Shown here piece after piece: positions 25,780-40,462 of a DNA stretch of 64,000 bases. The notes under the pieces were generated by a model. It ran no database searches. It worked only from the letters and a program-made list of their open reading frames with translations, and was not told where the DNA came from. The translations under genes were made by a program, and so were the position numbers. Every line of letters begins with the position of its first letter. The stretch's first letter is position 1. Origin of the DNA: Chiloscyllium plagiosum (lineage: Eukaryota); contig NC_057720.1 of the NCBI RefSeq assembly GCF_004010195.1, forward strand, positions 10,025,248 to 10,089,247. Reading direction: 5' to 3'.

Positions 25780-27870
25780 ACTAGGAGCAGGAGTAGGCCG
25801 TTTGGCCCATCGATCCTGCTCCACCATCCAATAAGATCATGGCTGGTCATTTCGTTGCCTCAGCTCCACTTACTCACCCTCTCACCATAACCTTTAATGA
25901 TTTTACTGTTCAAAAATCAATCTATCTTAGCTTTAAAAACATTTACTTCCCTGGGCAGGGTATTCCACAGATTTACAGCCCTCTGGGCAAAGAATTTCTT
26001 TCTCAATTCAGTCCTAAATCTGCTTCCCCTAAGCTTGAGGCCTAGTTTCACCCATCAGTGGAAACATCCTCTCTATTTCTATCCTATCTATTCCCTTCAT
26101 AATTTTATGTTTCCATAAGATGCCCCCTCATTCTTCTAAATTCCAATAAATATAATCCCAGTCTACTCAGTCTCTCCTCATAAGCCAACCCCCTCAACTC
26201 TGGAATCAACCTATTGAACATCCTCTGCACTGCCTCTAGTGCCGGTACATCCTTTCTCAAGTAAGGAGACCAAAACTACACACAGTACTTCAGGTGTGGT
26301 CTCACCAGTACCCTACACAGCTGCAACACAACCTCCCTGCTTTTAAATGCAATCCTTTTAGCAATGAAGGACAAAATTCCATTTCCCTTCTTAATTACCT
26401 GCTATACCTGCAAACTAACCTTCTCTGATTCATGCATAAGAACACCCAGGTCCCTCTGCACAGCAGCATGCTGCAGTTTTTCACCATTTCAATAATGATC
26501 CTTTTTACTGTTATTCCTACCAGAATGGATGACTTCACATTTATTAACATTTTACCCCATCTGCCAGACCTTTGCCACTCACTTAAACCATCCACATCCC
26601 TTTGCAAAGTTTCACAGTCCTCCGCACACTTTGCTCAACAACTCATCTTAGTGTCATCTGCAAACATTGACACACTATACATGGTCCCTAAATCCAAATC
26701 ATCTATGTGAATTGTGAATAATTGCAGTCCCAATACTGATCCCCGAGGCACACCACTAGTCACTGATCACCAATCAGAAAAGCACTCATTTATTCCAACT
26801 GTTTGGTTCCTGTTGGTTAGCTAATCCTCTATCCATGCTAATACATTACCTGGAATGCCATGCATCTTTATCTTAAGCAGCAGCCCTTTGTGTGGCACCT
26901 TGTTGAATGCCTTTTGGAATTCTAGATACACCACATCTATTGGATCTCCGTTGTCCACTGTGTTTATAATGTCTTCACAGAATTCTAGTAGATTAGTTAA
27001 GGATGGTTATCCTTTCATTAACTTATGCTGCCTCTATCCAATAGGGCAATTTCTATCTGGATATTTTGCTATTTCTTTCTTGATAATAGATTCAAGGATT
27101 TTCCCCACTATAGAAGTTAAGCTAACTGGCCTATAAATCCCTACCCTTTGTCTACCTCCTTTTCTAAACAGTGGCATCACATTTGCTGTTTTCCAATCTA
27201 CTGGAACTGCCCCAGAGCCCAGAAAATTACCACAAGTGCATTTGTTATTTCTCTCAGTATCTCTTTCCGTACCCAAAGCCAGGAGACATGTTCCATTAGC
27301 TTGCCTAACACTACCTCTTCCATGATAATGATAGTTTCTAGCTCTTCACCTTGTCAATTACTGGCATGTTATTAGTGTGCTCAGACACAAAATACCTGTT
27401 CAATGCTTCAACCATTTCCTCATGTCCCACAACTGAATCCCCTTTCACCCTCTAAAGGACCAATGCTTACCTTCTTCACACTTGTTCATTTTATATATTT
27501 ATATAAAGTTTTGCTATCTGTCTTTATATTCTTAGCTAGTTTATTCTCATAATCTGTCTTACTTCTCTTTCTAGTTTTTTTCCTGTGGCTTTCTGTTGAC
27601 CTTTAAAGTTTTCTCAATCTTCTAGTTTCATGCTGTTTTTGGTCACTTTGTATGCCTTCTCTTTCAATTTGATAGCCTCCCTTACTTCCTTAGACATCAT
27701 CCCTTTTCCTACAGCCCTTCTTTTTCACTCGCATATACTTTCGCTGAGCACTTTGAAAATATTGTTTTGCCAGTACTCCACAGTTTGCAAACTGCCCCAC
27801 CATAAAGTCTTTGCTTCCAGTCTACTTTAGCCAACTCCATCCTCATCCTATTGTAGTCTCCTTAACTGGG
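25780..27870 (-). mobile_element. Decayed CR1-clade LINE ORF2
   Basis: VPVDWKTANVMPLFRKG..YRPVSLTSIVGKILE and downstream RT remnants. Confidence 0.85.
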
Positions 27871-28004
27871 GAATATTTTCATCAGGCAATTACCTAGTCA
27901 GGTGTCTTAAAAGCCTGTTTTAGAATTCAAACCCATTTTCATGTAATTCAAATTTGCACTGAACGTTGGTTGTGAGAATTGATTGAGAGGAGACATTGAT
28001 GGAG

Positions 28005-28335
28005 GAGGGGAGGGCCTAGTGGTATTATCACCGGACTTTTATCCAGAGACTCAGTTCTGGGGATCCAGGTTCCAATCCAACTATGGCAGATGGTGGAATT
28101 TGTTTTTAAATTAAAACAAAAACTGGAACTAAGAGTCTAATGATGAGCATGAATCCCTTATTGATTGTCAGGAAAAATCCATCTGGTCCACTTATGTCAT
28201 TTAGGGAAGGAAACTGCCATCCTACCTGGTTTGGCCTACATGTGACTCCAGACCCACAACAATGTGGTTGCCTCTTAACTGCCCTTTGGGCAATTAGGGA
28301 TGGACAATAAATACTGGCCTGACCAGACGAATTAA
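28005..28335 (+). mobile_element. Second tRNA-headed SINE family (DeuSINE/SacSINE1-like, tentative)
   Basis: GGCCTAGTGGTATTATC...CAGGTTCCAATCC head and a conserved body (..GGCCTACATGTGACTCCAGACCCACA..). Similar copies at about 39045-39390, 52365-52695 (minus), 52745-52965 and 12300-12965 (minus). Confidence 0.55.
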
Positions 28336-28371
28336 AAAAAAATGTATTAGCATCACAGGACTAGGTTGAGC

Positions 28372-29266
28372 GGGATGGGGCCATTCACCACAGCAGATTC
28401 GCTGCCGATGATTAGCCACTGCCCTTTGACCACTGAAGACGATTCACCACCACAAATAAGTTTAAAATGTTAGAGAACAAGCATATCTAAACCATATAAA
28501 ATTGCCGTTATATTGGTTAAGGCAGTGTTTGCGTTGTTTCAGTAGCAACTTATTTTCGTTACAGGTGAGTTTTTTTTAGGCTTGTATTTTTTTTTCCATT
28601 TACCCTCATGTCTTCAAAATGGAAACAGGAATTATTAGTAAACGTGGAAATAAGAAGTTTTACCACGATGGTTTTATATATGTTTTTGATAAACATTCCA
28701 AGAGTGATTCAAGTATTAAATTTTGGTGATGTGAACATTCTTATAGTGTCTTATTAACGAATGTGTAGCTGATGTCCCTCAGTCAGTCCTAGCATCTTTA
28801 CCGACGACAAGCAGCATGAAGAAAATAATTTGACGAAAAAGGAATGAGGAGAGACGCAGATGATAGAATACAAAATATTGTTCTCAAATACGGTGAAAGA
28901 GATTGTTTGGAATATCTTAGAGGAATAGCGCATAACTATCAAATGAACTAAAATTTCATTGTTTAATATTAATGTGAGATTTTACTGCCATTATAAAGAT
29001 TTTTAAAATATATTTCCTTTTTCTGGTTAAAGTTTGTAACTCATTTTTATATATATACCAATAAAATAATATTTATTTTATCTCTTTTTTTAATCAATAT
29101 GTAGTATGAAAGAACAGGAGGGAGGGAAAACAATCAGTACATATATACATTTCCAGTGGCGAATAGTCTCCAGAGGTCAAACAACCCCAGTGGAGAAACG
29201 CTGGTGGAGAATTGGCAGTGGCTAATCATCAGCGGTGAATCTGCTGCTGCGAATCATCACCAACCC
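28372..29266. mobile_element. Non-autonomous DNA transposon (MITE-like) with imperfect terminal inverted repeats
   Basis: Left arm CAGCAGATTCGCTGCCGATGATTAGCCACTGCC mirrors right arm GGCAGTGGCTAATCATCAGCGGTGAATCTGCTG; AT-rich non-coding interior; GGG...CCC ends. Confidence 0.65.
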
Positions 29267-32200
29267 AGTTTGGGACTCACTGGAGTTTAGAAAAATGAGA
29301 GGTGGTCTCATTGATACATATGGGATTCTTAAGGGGTTTGACTGGGTAAATGCTGAGGGAAATGTTTGCCCTTATGTGCGCGTTTAGGACCGGGAGGCAC
29401 CATCTCAGAATAAAGGTGCTAATTTAAGTGTGCTAATAATGACGAAGGAGCAGTGCTCCGAAAGCCAGTGCTTCCAAATAAACCTGTTGGATTGTAACCT
29501 GGTGTGTAATTCTTAACTTTGTACACCCCAGTCCAACCGGCATCTCCAAATCATGCTAGTTTAAGGCTATGATAAGGAGGATGTTATTTTCACAGGTGGT
29601 TGAGTGCCTTAGGAACTCCTTGCCACAGAAAGCTGTGGAGGCATAGTTCTTGTGTCTATTTAAGGCTGAGAGAGATAGACACTTGATCAGTCAGGGAATT
29701 AAGGGTGACAGGGAAAGGGCAGGCAGGCGGACATGAGGAATGTTGGATCAGCCATGATCTTATTGAATGGTGAAGTAGGCTCAATCCACCTAACCTGCAC
29801 ATCTTTGGATTGTGGGAGGAAACCGGAGCACCCGGAGGAAACACCCGCAGACACGGGGAGTATGTGCAAACTCCACACAGACAGTTGTCTAAGGGTGGAA
29901 TCGAACCCAGGTCTCTGGTGCTCTGATGTAGCAGTGCTAACCACTGAGCCATGTACCACAATTCCTAATTGCTCTTGAACAAAGTGACAACTATTTCAGA
30001 TGGCTGTAAAGAGCCAATCAATACAATACTCTAAGTCTGGACTCTCATGGACGTCAGACCAGATAAGAAAGACAGAAATTCCTCCTTACAGAGCGTGAAT
30101 GAACCAGATGGGTTTTGATAACAGTCAATGATCATCAACATCACTGAGAGTAATCTTCAATGCCACGTTTATAAATTTACATTAAATTCCACTGACTGCC
30201 ATGGTGTCTCTAGCTTGAGACTCTGGCTTACTAGACCATAAGATGATAAGAAATAGGGACCAGAGTAAATTGCCCATAGAGTGTAGGGATGTGTAGGCTA
30301 AATGGGTTAGCCAACATGGAATGCAGAGTTACAGGGATGAGGTGTGTCTGGTTGCGATTCAGTTCAGAGGCTCGGTGTGGACTTGATGGGCCAAATGGGC
30401 TGCTTCCATACTGTCTGGATTCTATGATTGCCAATAAATGCAGGCCTTGCCAGCATTGCCTACATGCCATGAAAGACTAAGAAAACAGTACCATCTGAAA
30501 TGGTGAACATGAAAATTTATCAGGCACTGTCTAAAAACTTCTCGCCAATGGGAAAAAGAAATTCTAGTAGCTTCCATATTACTGCTACTGTTTGTAGGAT
30601 AGGTAAGTTTTAATGTAGACAAATAGGAGGTAATCCATATTGGACCTTCAAAGACAGATCAAGGTACTTTACAACTGGTGAAAATTTAAAAGTACTGGAG
30701 GTCCAGAGAGTGTTGGGGGTCCAGGTACATGGATCCTTAAAATGTGATGAGTAATTCCAGAAAATAACTAAAAATGCTAATGAAATTCTAGCTTTTATAT
30801 TTGGAGTAATAGAATACAAGAGGGTAGGTGACATGTTTCAACTAAACTGGGAGTACCATGAGTGATAGTAGGTTCCAGATATGAGAATGGCAGCATTGAT
30901 TACCAGAATGATCCCTGAACGTCAAGGTTAAATCGCAAGGCAAGATTGTGTAATCTTGGCTATAGTCCCTAGAACATAGAAGGTTTAAGGGGTGATGTGA
31001 ATGAAAGGTTCAAGAGATTGAGGGGGATGGATAAGATTGATGGGTTTCCACAGACAGTCTAGGATGAGGGAGTGTAGTTTGATGATTTAGAGCCAGACCT
31101 TTAAGTAGTGCAGTTAAGAAACATTTATACACACAATGAATGATAGAACTTTTGGATATTTCATCTGCAAATAGAAGTTGATCCTTTGCAAAGGTTGATT
31201 TTAAATTTACGCTTGACGGAAATCAATGAACCAAAAGTGTGTTAGATGACAGGCAAGAACAGAAATGTGGAGTTAATTGTAAATCTACCAGGATTTTACC
31301 AAATGGCAGAGCAGGCTTGATTCTTAATAACATCTTCCTGCTCGTATGATTTAGATAAAGGATGCAGACACTGGTCCAAGTTAGAACCAAGAGTTTTTAA
31401 GAATGCGGATTTACCATTTGGCTTATTAACTTTTTTTCGCATATTACAGCAGACGGATCCAGTTTCTTCTAATTCATTTCTTCTCCACATACTTTTATAT
31501 CTTCTGTTCAACTCCTTGTGTGAATATATTTTTCTTGGATTTGCACTCTGCGTTAAGCTTTATTGAAATTCTTGGACCCTGACCCTGAAGGGATTTCCTT
31601 AACATGGAGAAGGGTTAGGCTGCCAATTCCCTTTATCATTTGAACACTTTGATCAGACCATGATACACCTTATCACTTTTAGTGAATGTTATGATTTGGA
31701 GATGCCGGTGTTGGACTGGGGTGTACAAAGTTAAAAATCACACAACACCAGGTTATAGTCCAACAGGTTTAATTGCCAGGTTGTACCCTCTACCTGTGCT
31801 CACTTATCCCTACCTCACCACCCTGCATTCCTCTCTCCCCCCACCCCCGACTTTATCTACAGTTCCCCTTACATCCACCCCGAGTCCCGAAGAAGAGTTA
31901 CAAATGAGATGTTGACTTTTGCACTCCTAATTCTGGCTGGCTTGCTGTGTTCTTCCAGCCTCCTTCTTGTCAATCCTCAATAGTAGCTCCCTCGTTCCAT
32001 CCTCTGCTGAACATTCCAAAACCTGGTCGCAAAGATTTGTTCGCGATTCCACAGGCCACCATGTTTCCTTCTAATCTTAGGTGTCATTTACCTCATTGTC
32101 TTTGTAAGTCTAAGTCAATTTGAAGCTTATAGGGCAATCGTTGAAAACAAAACCTGCATTCTCTTAGCTTTGAGTCATGATAGACTTTGTGTGGCGATCT

Positions 32201-33664
32201 GAAGAATTCTTACATTGACTTCAACATAAATAAAAATTGGGAAGGAAAACACAGGCTAGCGATTTCCTGTCACCTGTTTTATGCTATTGAGCAGAATTAG
32301 AATGACCTCCATGGACATCTGTACAGGAATGAATTAATTCCTTTGCTGTTGTCAGAGGGTGAAGGGAATATGAAGGTGACAGCTTAAAGGGAAAGTTTGG
32401 TGAAATTGTTTAAGCATGACAAATAAATATTATATAGAGGTGTGAAGTACTTAGCATATTACTTTCCACCAATAAGAATCAATACTGATGACACATGAGA
32501 CCATTGTTGGTTAAGAGAGCATCATAGAATCTCTAGAATGTGGAAGCAGGGCATTCAGCCCATCAAGTCCACATCTACCCTTTGAAGACCCAGCCATGTC
32601 TCCATACTCCTGCATTTCTATCATAGAATCCCTACAATGTGGAAACAGGCCCTTCAGCCCAATATCGACCCTCCGAAGAGTATCCCATCCAAACCCACTC
32701 CCCATTATTCTACATTTAACCCTGACAAATGCACCAAACCACACATCCCTGAACATTATTTCCCCACAGCCAATTCACTTAACTTGGCGCATCCCTGAAC
32801 ACTATGGGCAATTTAGCATAGCAATTCCACTTAACCTGCACATCTTCGGGACTGTGGGAGGAAACTGGAGCATCCAGAGGAAACCCACACAGACATGGGA
32901 AGAATGTCGCCCTAGGCTGGAATCGAGCCCAGATCCCTGGAACTGTGAGGTAGCAGTGCTGACCACTGAGCCACCGTGCTACTCTTAGGGGGACATATTG
33001 AATCAGAATGCAGTGACAAGATGCTGATCTTGAATTTAAAAGCTAAAGACTGCCACAGGAAAGTGAGACTGAGGCACAAGAATAATTCTATAATTTGGGA
33101 AAATGGATTTTAAGGTACTGCTTTGAATAGTTTACATATTTATTCAATTTTTTACAATTTTAGGCTACCCGTACTTTAAGGTCCATGCATCATTTTGCCA
33201 TTAAATCAAAGTCGTAAGGTGGGGAAACATTCTCCCACAGCAGAAAATTAGCCAAATGATCTGATCATCAGCTTTTCATCTCTTCTGCAAGGGATACATC
33301 TTTCAAGACTTTGGGAGAGTTCTTTGCTTTTCATTGAGGAGTACTTTCAGATGTTTTATAGGGAAACTACAATTGCTGTTGAACTGAGAAGGAGGATAAC
33401 ACACTTGCATTTGTTTAGCATCCTTGAGATGTTGTCCCAACCATTTGACACTCAAAGTATAGTCATTGTGCAAAATGCAATTTTCCAATCAGAGCACAGC
33501 AAGATCCCACAATCAACAATGTTCAGACAGTCTGTTTTTGTGATGTTAATTAATTGAGCGATAAGTATTGGATAGGACACAGGGTTATTGGGATAGGGTG
33601 GGGGCTAGGTCTGTGTGGGAGGCCTTTTGGAGGGTTAGTGAAGACTCAGTGGGCCAAATGGGCA

Positions 33665-34435
33665 GAGAGTCATTGAGTTATAGAGCTATACCATATGGAA
33701 ACAGACCCTTTGATTCAAGTCATCCATGCTGACTGGATATTCAAAATTAATCTCGTACCATTTACCATTACTTGACCTATATCCTTCTAAACACTTCCTA
33801 TTCATGTACCCACCCAGATACCTATTAAATGTTGTAATTGTACCAGTCTCCACCACTTCCTTTGGCAGCTCATTCCACACATGCACCATCATCTGAGTGA
33901 AAACATTGCCCCTTAGGTCCCTTTTAAATCTTTTCCCTTTCACCTTAAACCTATGCCATCTAGTTTTGGACTTTCTCATCCAAGGGAAAATACCTTATCT
34001 ATTTACCCTAACCATGCCCATCATCATTTTATAAACCTCTATGATGTCACCCCTCAGCTTCCGACGCTCCAGGGAAAACAGCCCCAGCCTGTTCAGCCTC
34101 TCCCTATAGTTCGAACTGTCCAACCCTGGCAACATCCTTGTAAATCTTTTCTGAACCCTTTCAAGTTTCACAACATCCTTCCGATAGGAGAAGTGCATGT
34201 AGTATTCCAATAGTGGCTCAACCATTTTCTTGTAAAGATGCAACATGACTTCACCACTCCTTTACTCAATGCTCTGACCAACAAAGGCAAGCATACAAAA
34301 TACCTTCTTCATTATTCTGTCTACCTGTGACTCCACTTTCAAGGAACTATGAACCTGCAGTCTGAGGCCTCTTTGTTAAGCAACATTCCCCAGGACCTTA
34401 CCATGAAGTGTATTAGTCTGCCCTGATATGCCATG
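33665..34435 (-). mobile_element. CR1-clade LINE 3' fragment
   Basis: [25 protein letters not shown]; similar fragments at 37515-38275 and 42930-43590. Confidence 0.85.
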
Positions 34436-34888
34436 GGGTGCCTTGGTTTAATATCTCATTCAAAGATTGCATCCCTTGCAGTGCAGCACTCCCTCAGTAC
34501 TGGCACGCGTGTATCAGCCTGGACTATGTACTCAGGTCATTGGAGTGGGACAGAGTCATAGAGAAAACAGACCCTTTGGCCCAACTCATCCATGGCCAAC
34601 CAGATATCCTAAATTAATCTAATCCCATTTGGCAGCAGTTGTCCCATATCCCTCCAAACCCTTCCTATTCATATACCCATCCAGATGCCTTTTAAATAAT
34701 TGTACAGCCTCCATCACTTCCACTGGAAGTTCACCCTCTGTGTGAAAAAAATTGCCCCTTAGGTCCCTCTTAAATCTTTCTCCTCTCATCTTAAACCTTG
34801 AACCCACAGCTATCAATTTATGAGATTGGTCCTCAATATTTCTGCTTATTATTTCACTTTAGAGTAGAAATGTAATTTATGCACTTAC

Positions 34889-35050
34889 CTGCTGGCAGGT
34901 CTCACATAGCTGAGCATAAGCAGAACCCTTGGTCTCTGAGATTTTCTCCTGACAGTTGTTCAGGTCCTTCGATTTTGTGATCGTGACTACTCCACTTTTC
35001 TTGTTCTCCTGAATTGCATAGCTTGCATGGCAGATGCCTTCTACACCACT
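34889..35050 (-). CDS. vtg: Vitellogenin exon 5
   Basis: 162 nt, tag/gtaagt; SGVEGICHASYAIQENKKSGVVTITKSKDLNNCQEKISETKGSAYAQLCETCQQ (conserved TKSKDLNNC motif). Confidence 0.96.
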
Positions 35051-36116
35051 CTAGACACAAGTGCAGACTGGATCAGTACATGTACAGTACAACATGGAAT
35101 TAATATGGTCAACATTACCCATTCCATAACCGGCCAAACCCCACCAGGCTGAAGGATGAAGACAACAGAGGGACATCTTCAAACTCTCCTCCCTCCATAC
35201 CTTATCTGGATTTGGAATTATTTCCTTCACTGTCACTGGGTCAAAATCCTGGAACCTCTGCCTGATAATTAACTTCACCACCTTCGATGTCCAACCTCAG
35301 CATTATCTTCTCAATGGTAACCAGAGATGCTCCAAGGCTGGGTGTTATATGTAGAGGGAGTAAATCATCTTCTGACCACCAGAAGTCTTTGCACCATTGA
35401 CAAGGCTTAAGTTAGCAATAAATGGAACACCTCAAATGCCGAAAACAGTGGAGTTCCAGTGACACTCAAGCAGCAGGGATAAAGCACTCTGCTTGATTGG
35501 TAACCCAGCACACACTCATACTTTCACAGCCATGATGCAATGAGGCTACAGGGTGCACTAACTAGTAGAGGCCAGTTAGCTCAATTAGCTGGACAGCTCT
35601 GTTTGGCTTCAGTTTCTGTACTGGCTCAGGTAACAATGAAGGACCTACCTCCTTGACCTTGCCCCCTCACCTGAGGTGTAGTGACCCTCAATTTAAACGC
35701 ACCACAAAGCATCTCTCCCTAATGAGAGAGAGCAGCCCAAGCCCATCTAGGATTACTCTGACTTTACCTAACTACTGGATGCACTGCAGCAAGTCACCAA
35801 GGCTTCCTCAACACCAACACCATCATCTTGGCTGCACCACTTAGCAGGACAAAGGCAGAAGATACATGGAACACTGGGTTACTTTTCCAGTTTTGCATCC
35901 ATCCTGACTTGGATATATTTTGGTGTTTCTTTCTTGAGAACTGGGTCAAAATCCTAGAATTTGTATCCAAATGTTGTTGTGGAAGCAAATTCACCACATG
36001 GTCTGCAGCAGCTCATGATGGTTTGTTGCCAACTTTTCTTGGGATGGGCATTAAATACTGACTGTACCAGTCTGGACACCTGGAGAATGAACATCACTTT
36101 GAGAAAATCAATGTAC

Positions 36117-36368
36117 CTCCTGCAGCTCATAGATGTTCTGTGACTTTTTAATGCTGATCTGCAGCATGTTGAGAATACCCCTGTAGATGTTGAGGATGTT
36201 TTCAGATAGCTCTGGCTGGGCATATATATTTCCAACGCGTCCATGGCTGTATTCAAACTTTATCGGCTTGCTCAATTGTGCGGCCAAATTCCGAGTCAGC
36301 TTCCGTGCTGGGATAAATTGAGCGTTCGGCCAAACCCCGCTGTACTCTTCAATTTGAGGTGAAATCAT
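36117..36368 (-). CDS. vtg: Vitellogenin exon 4
   Basis: 252 nt, cag/gtacat; MISPQIEEYSGVWP...KPIKFEYSHGRVGNIYA...LNIYRGILNMLQISIKKSQNIYELQE. Confidence 0.96.
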
Positions 36369-39300
36369 CTGAAGGGTGGAAGAGCAAAAAGTCACTATTG
36401 TTAAAGAAAATGAAATTGGCTTTCGGGGACCATTGTCAAAAAGTATGGCGCTGGAAATGTACAGCAGTTCGGGCAGCATCAAAGGATCAAGAGAAACAAT
36501 ATTTTGGGCATAAGCCCTTCATCAGGAATGTTGGGGGGAGTGTTGGTAGGGGAAAGATGTCTGAAAGAGAGGGTGGAGTGAATAGGTGGGATGGACAGGT
36601 AAAGAGTGCGGTGCAAATTTGGAGGTTGGATCAGGGGCCATTGACCTACATTTTTAAGGATTTGGGTTATTTTGGATTATTATCAATTGGATTGCCATGG
36701 GGCATGACTGTATGTATCACAGGCAGTTTTAGTTATGGTTCAATACCTCTGGTCACAGTTGTATTGTGAGACCTGCAGCCAGCAGCACCGCTGTTACAGC
36801 AATTGTGCTCCAAATTTCTACCAAGAGAAACTTTTATCGTCAGACAAGGAGAGAAATTGGTTCTTGATCCACACTTTGGTGGTGGGGTCTTTGGCCGGGA
36901 TGCAAAAAGGACAAATTTTGGCAGGTTTTGGAAAGGATGCCTGAAATATCTTGGTGACTTTGGACATTATTGGGTTTTCCAGGAGGCAGCCTTGAACAAA
37001 GATTTAATCTCTTTGTGAATGTTAGTGATGGGTCTTGCACTGGTTAAGGGTTTCTGTTGAGACTTGGGTACCATGCCCACTATACTATGATTTCTGGCTG
37101 TTTCCTGTGACCTATAGACAACAAACAGGAACATTTTGTTGCAAAACTTACTGCAATTGGAGGCAGATCCATTCATAGTCATAGAGACACAGATACACAG
37201 CACAGAAACAAGGTATTCTACCCAACCTGTACTCTACAGCCTTATTACAAACAACAGCTATGAAAATACACACATGATACAAAAACACACTCAATTCATT
37301 TCTTTACACAATTGAAGCATAGAAATAGAGGAAAAAACTAAATTCTAAAAATCTCTGCGCATTTTTCAGTGGGGACACTGTGGGCTGTCTTTGGCATTGC
37401 TCTTTAGGAAGGATGTAAAGGATATTGAGGAGAACAAAGGGGATTGAAATACTTTGTTTTATTTGTTCATGGTATGTGGCCATCAATGGTTATACCAGTA
37501 TTTAGACATAAAGCCATAAAGTCATAGAGATGTACAGCATGGAAACAGACCCTTCGGTCCAAACCGTCCATGTTGACCAGATATCCCAACCCAATCTAGT
37601 CCCATCTGCCAGCTCCTGTCCCATATCCCTCCAAACCCTTCCTATTCAAAAACCCATCTAGATGCGTTTTAAATGTTGCAATTGTCCTAGCCTCCACCAC
37701 TTCCTATGGCAGCTCATTCCATACACGTACCACCCTCTGTGTGAAAATGTTGTCCCTTACGTCTCTTTTATATCTTTCCCCTCTCACCCTAAACCTAAGC
37801 CCTCTAGTTCTGGACTCCCCCACCCCTGGGAAAAGACTTCATCTATTTACCCTATCCAGGCCCCTCATGATTTAATAAACCAATATAAGGTCACCCCTCA
37901 GCCTCCAACACTCCAGGGAAAACAGCCCCAGCCTACGCAACCTCTCCCAATAGCTCAAATCCTACAACTCTGGCAACACCCTTGTAAGTCTTATCTGAAC
38001 CCTTCCAAGTTTCACAACATCTTTCCACTAAGAAGGACACTAGAATTGCCTAACCAATCTCCTGTACAGCTGCAACATGACCTCCAAACTCCTGTACTCA
38101 ATACACTGACCAACAAAGGAAAGCATACCAAACACCTTCTTCACTATCCTATCTACCTGCGACTCCAGTTTCAAGGAGCTATGAACCTGAACTCCAAGAT
38201 CTTTTTGTTCAGCAACACTCCCTAGGACCTTACCATTAAATGTATAAGTCCTGCTAAGATTTGCTTTAACAAAATATTGCCCATTCCTAATTGTCCAGAG
38301 GGCAATTAACAGTCAACCATGTTGCTGTGGGTCTGGACCAGATAACGACGGCAGATTTCCTTCCCTAAAAGAATTTGTGACAGAAACATCATGGACATCA
38401 GTAAATGATACCAAGGATTGTATCGAGGTACTGGAGGAGCCAGCATTGTTCTCCTCAGGTCAGGGAAGGTTAAGGTGAGAATTCTAACAAGTGGAAAAGT
38501 CAACAACAACAGGCCATAGTTACAAGATATAAAAACTGAAATTGCTGGAAACACTCAACAGGTCAGGCAGAGAGAAAGCAGTGTTGACATTTTGATCTGA
38601 TGACACTTCTTGAGAGCAGATTTACGAAAACTTGGAAAAGAACCTTGTTGCGTTGGGGTAGGGTGGAATGATCATATTTTTACACAGCAGGTTGCTGTAA
38701 TCTGGCAGGCACTGCCTGAAATGGTGATAGATATGAGTTCAATTATAAACTTAAAATGGAAAGCAAAAAGCTGGGCAATGGGTGCAGAGCAGGGGGAGTG
38801 AATCAATTGGTGCATTCTTTCAAAGTGTTATTGTTGGATTGAAAGGTGTTTTTTGATGATGTTGGAATTTATGATCCATTAAAATGCATTTGTGCTGCTT
38901 TATCAAGGAAATTTACAAATCCAATGATGATAAAAAATAGCTGAGAAGATGTCACAAGATTTTAAACATACCTTTAAGGCTTAACACTACCTTTGTGAAT
39001 TGCTATAGCAACTGCCTCATTTACGTGTACATTGTAAGAAGGGAAGCAATGGCCTAGTGGTGCTATTAATCCAAAGACCCAGCTAATGTTCTGGAGACCC
39101 AGGTTCAAATTCTGCCACAGAATTTAATTAAAAGTATCTGGAATTAGAGTCTACTGATGACCTTGAAACCATTGTTGGGGGGAACACCAATCTGGTTCAC
39201 TAATGTCTTTCAGGGACGGAAATCTACCATCCTTACCTGATGTGGTCCAACATGTGATTCCAGACCCACAGCAATATGGCTGACTCTGAACCTCCCTATG

Positions 39301-40462
39301 AAATGGCCCAGCAAGCCACTCACCACCACCTTCTCAAGGACAACTCAGGATGAGCAATAAATGCTGGTCAGCCAGGACTCCCATGAGTGACTACAAATAA
39401 AATTAAAGGGAATGACAAATGTTTGTTTCCCACTGAGTGGATAAGGGTGGTGGGCGTTTGGAACGCGTTGCCAGCAGAGGTGGTAGAGGCAGGCACGGTA
39501 GATTCATTTAAGGTGAGTCTGGACAGATGCATGAGTAGATGGGGAGCAGAGGGATACAGATGCTTAGGAATTGACCGACAGTTTTAGACAGTACATTTGG
39601 ATCGGCTCAGGCTTGGAGGGCCGAAGGGCCTGTTCCTGGGCTGTAAACTTTCTCTCTTTTTCTTTCTTTGTTACTCAGCCGGTCTAAGCCCGTGTCACAA
39701 GTTAAAAATGGCACCTTTGTTTTGGCAAAATTTGGCAACTGTTAAGGATGATTACAATTCAATATTACTTACATAAGGATAGAATACTTTACAATGATGG
39801 TAAAAAGAAACTTCGTGCTCGAAAGCTGAAATAAGATCAGAACATTCTGAGAATATACTGTCGGCAAAAGATAAAAGTGTGCTAAAGTTTTGAATTTCAG
39901 AGCTGTGAAACTCTGTCTCCCTTAATCCTCTTACCGAATGAAAGGGTTGACTGAAGCAAAATTGTTAAATTAGAATTTAGGATTTGAATTCAGACCTGTG
40001 CTCCTGAATTCCAGTTTATTTTTATTCAATCGAATTTTCATTCCTACACCACATGGACTGTAGAGGTTCAAGAAGGCAGTTCAACCCCCGCCTTATATAG
40101 GGCAATTAAGGATGGGCAAGAAAGGCTGGTTTCTGAGAAATTTGCTTAACTGAGTGTTAACCTGTTTTTTCTTGCTTCCCCCACTGTTAAACCTAGTCTA
40201 AGTTATTAGGATTCTCTGTGCTCCCTTGACCCACTCTCATGTTAATTGGTCCAAGTGGAAATCCACAGTACAGAATCACGTAGTGGGACGTGTTTGGGAA
40301 CCGATGATTCTCAACAGCAGTGTATAATTAGAAAATCTATCCTTTTATTTTGGCACAAATTAACTCATAGAGTCATACAGCACAGAAGAGGTCCACATCC
40401 CATCAGATCTATGTTAACCTATGTTCACTAATCGCAATTCCCCCTTGGCCAATACCCTGTAA

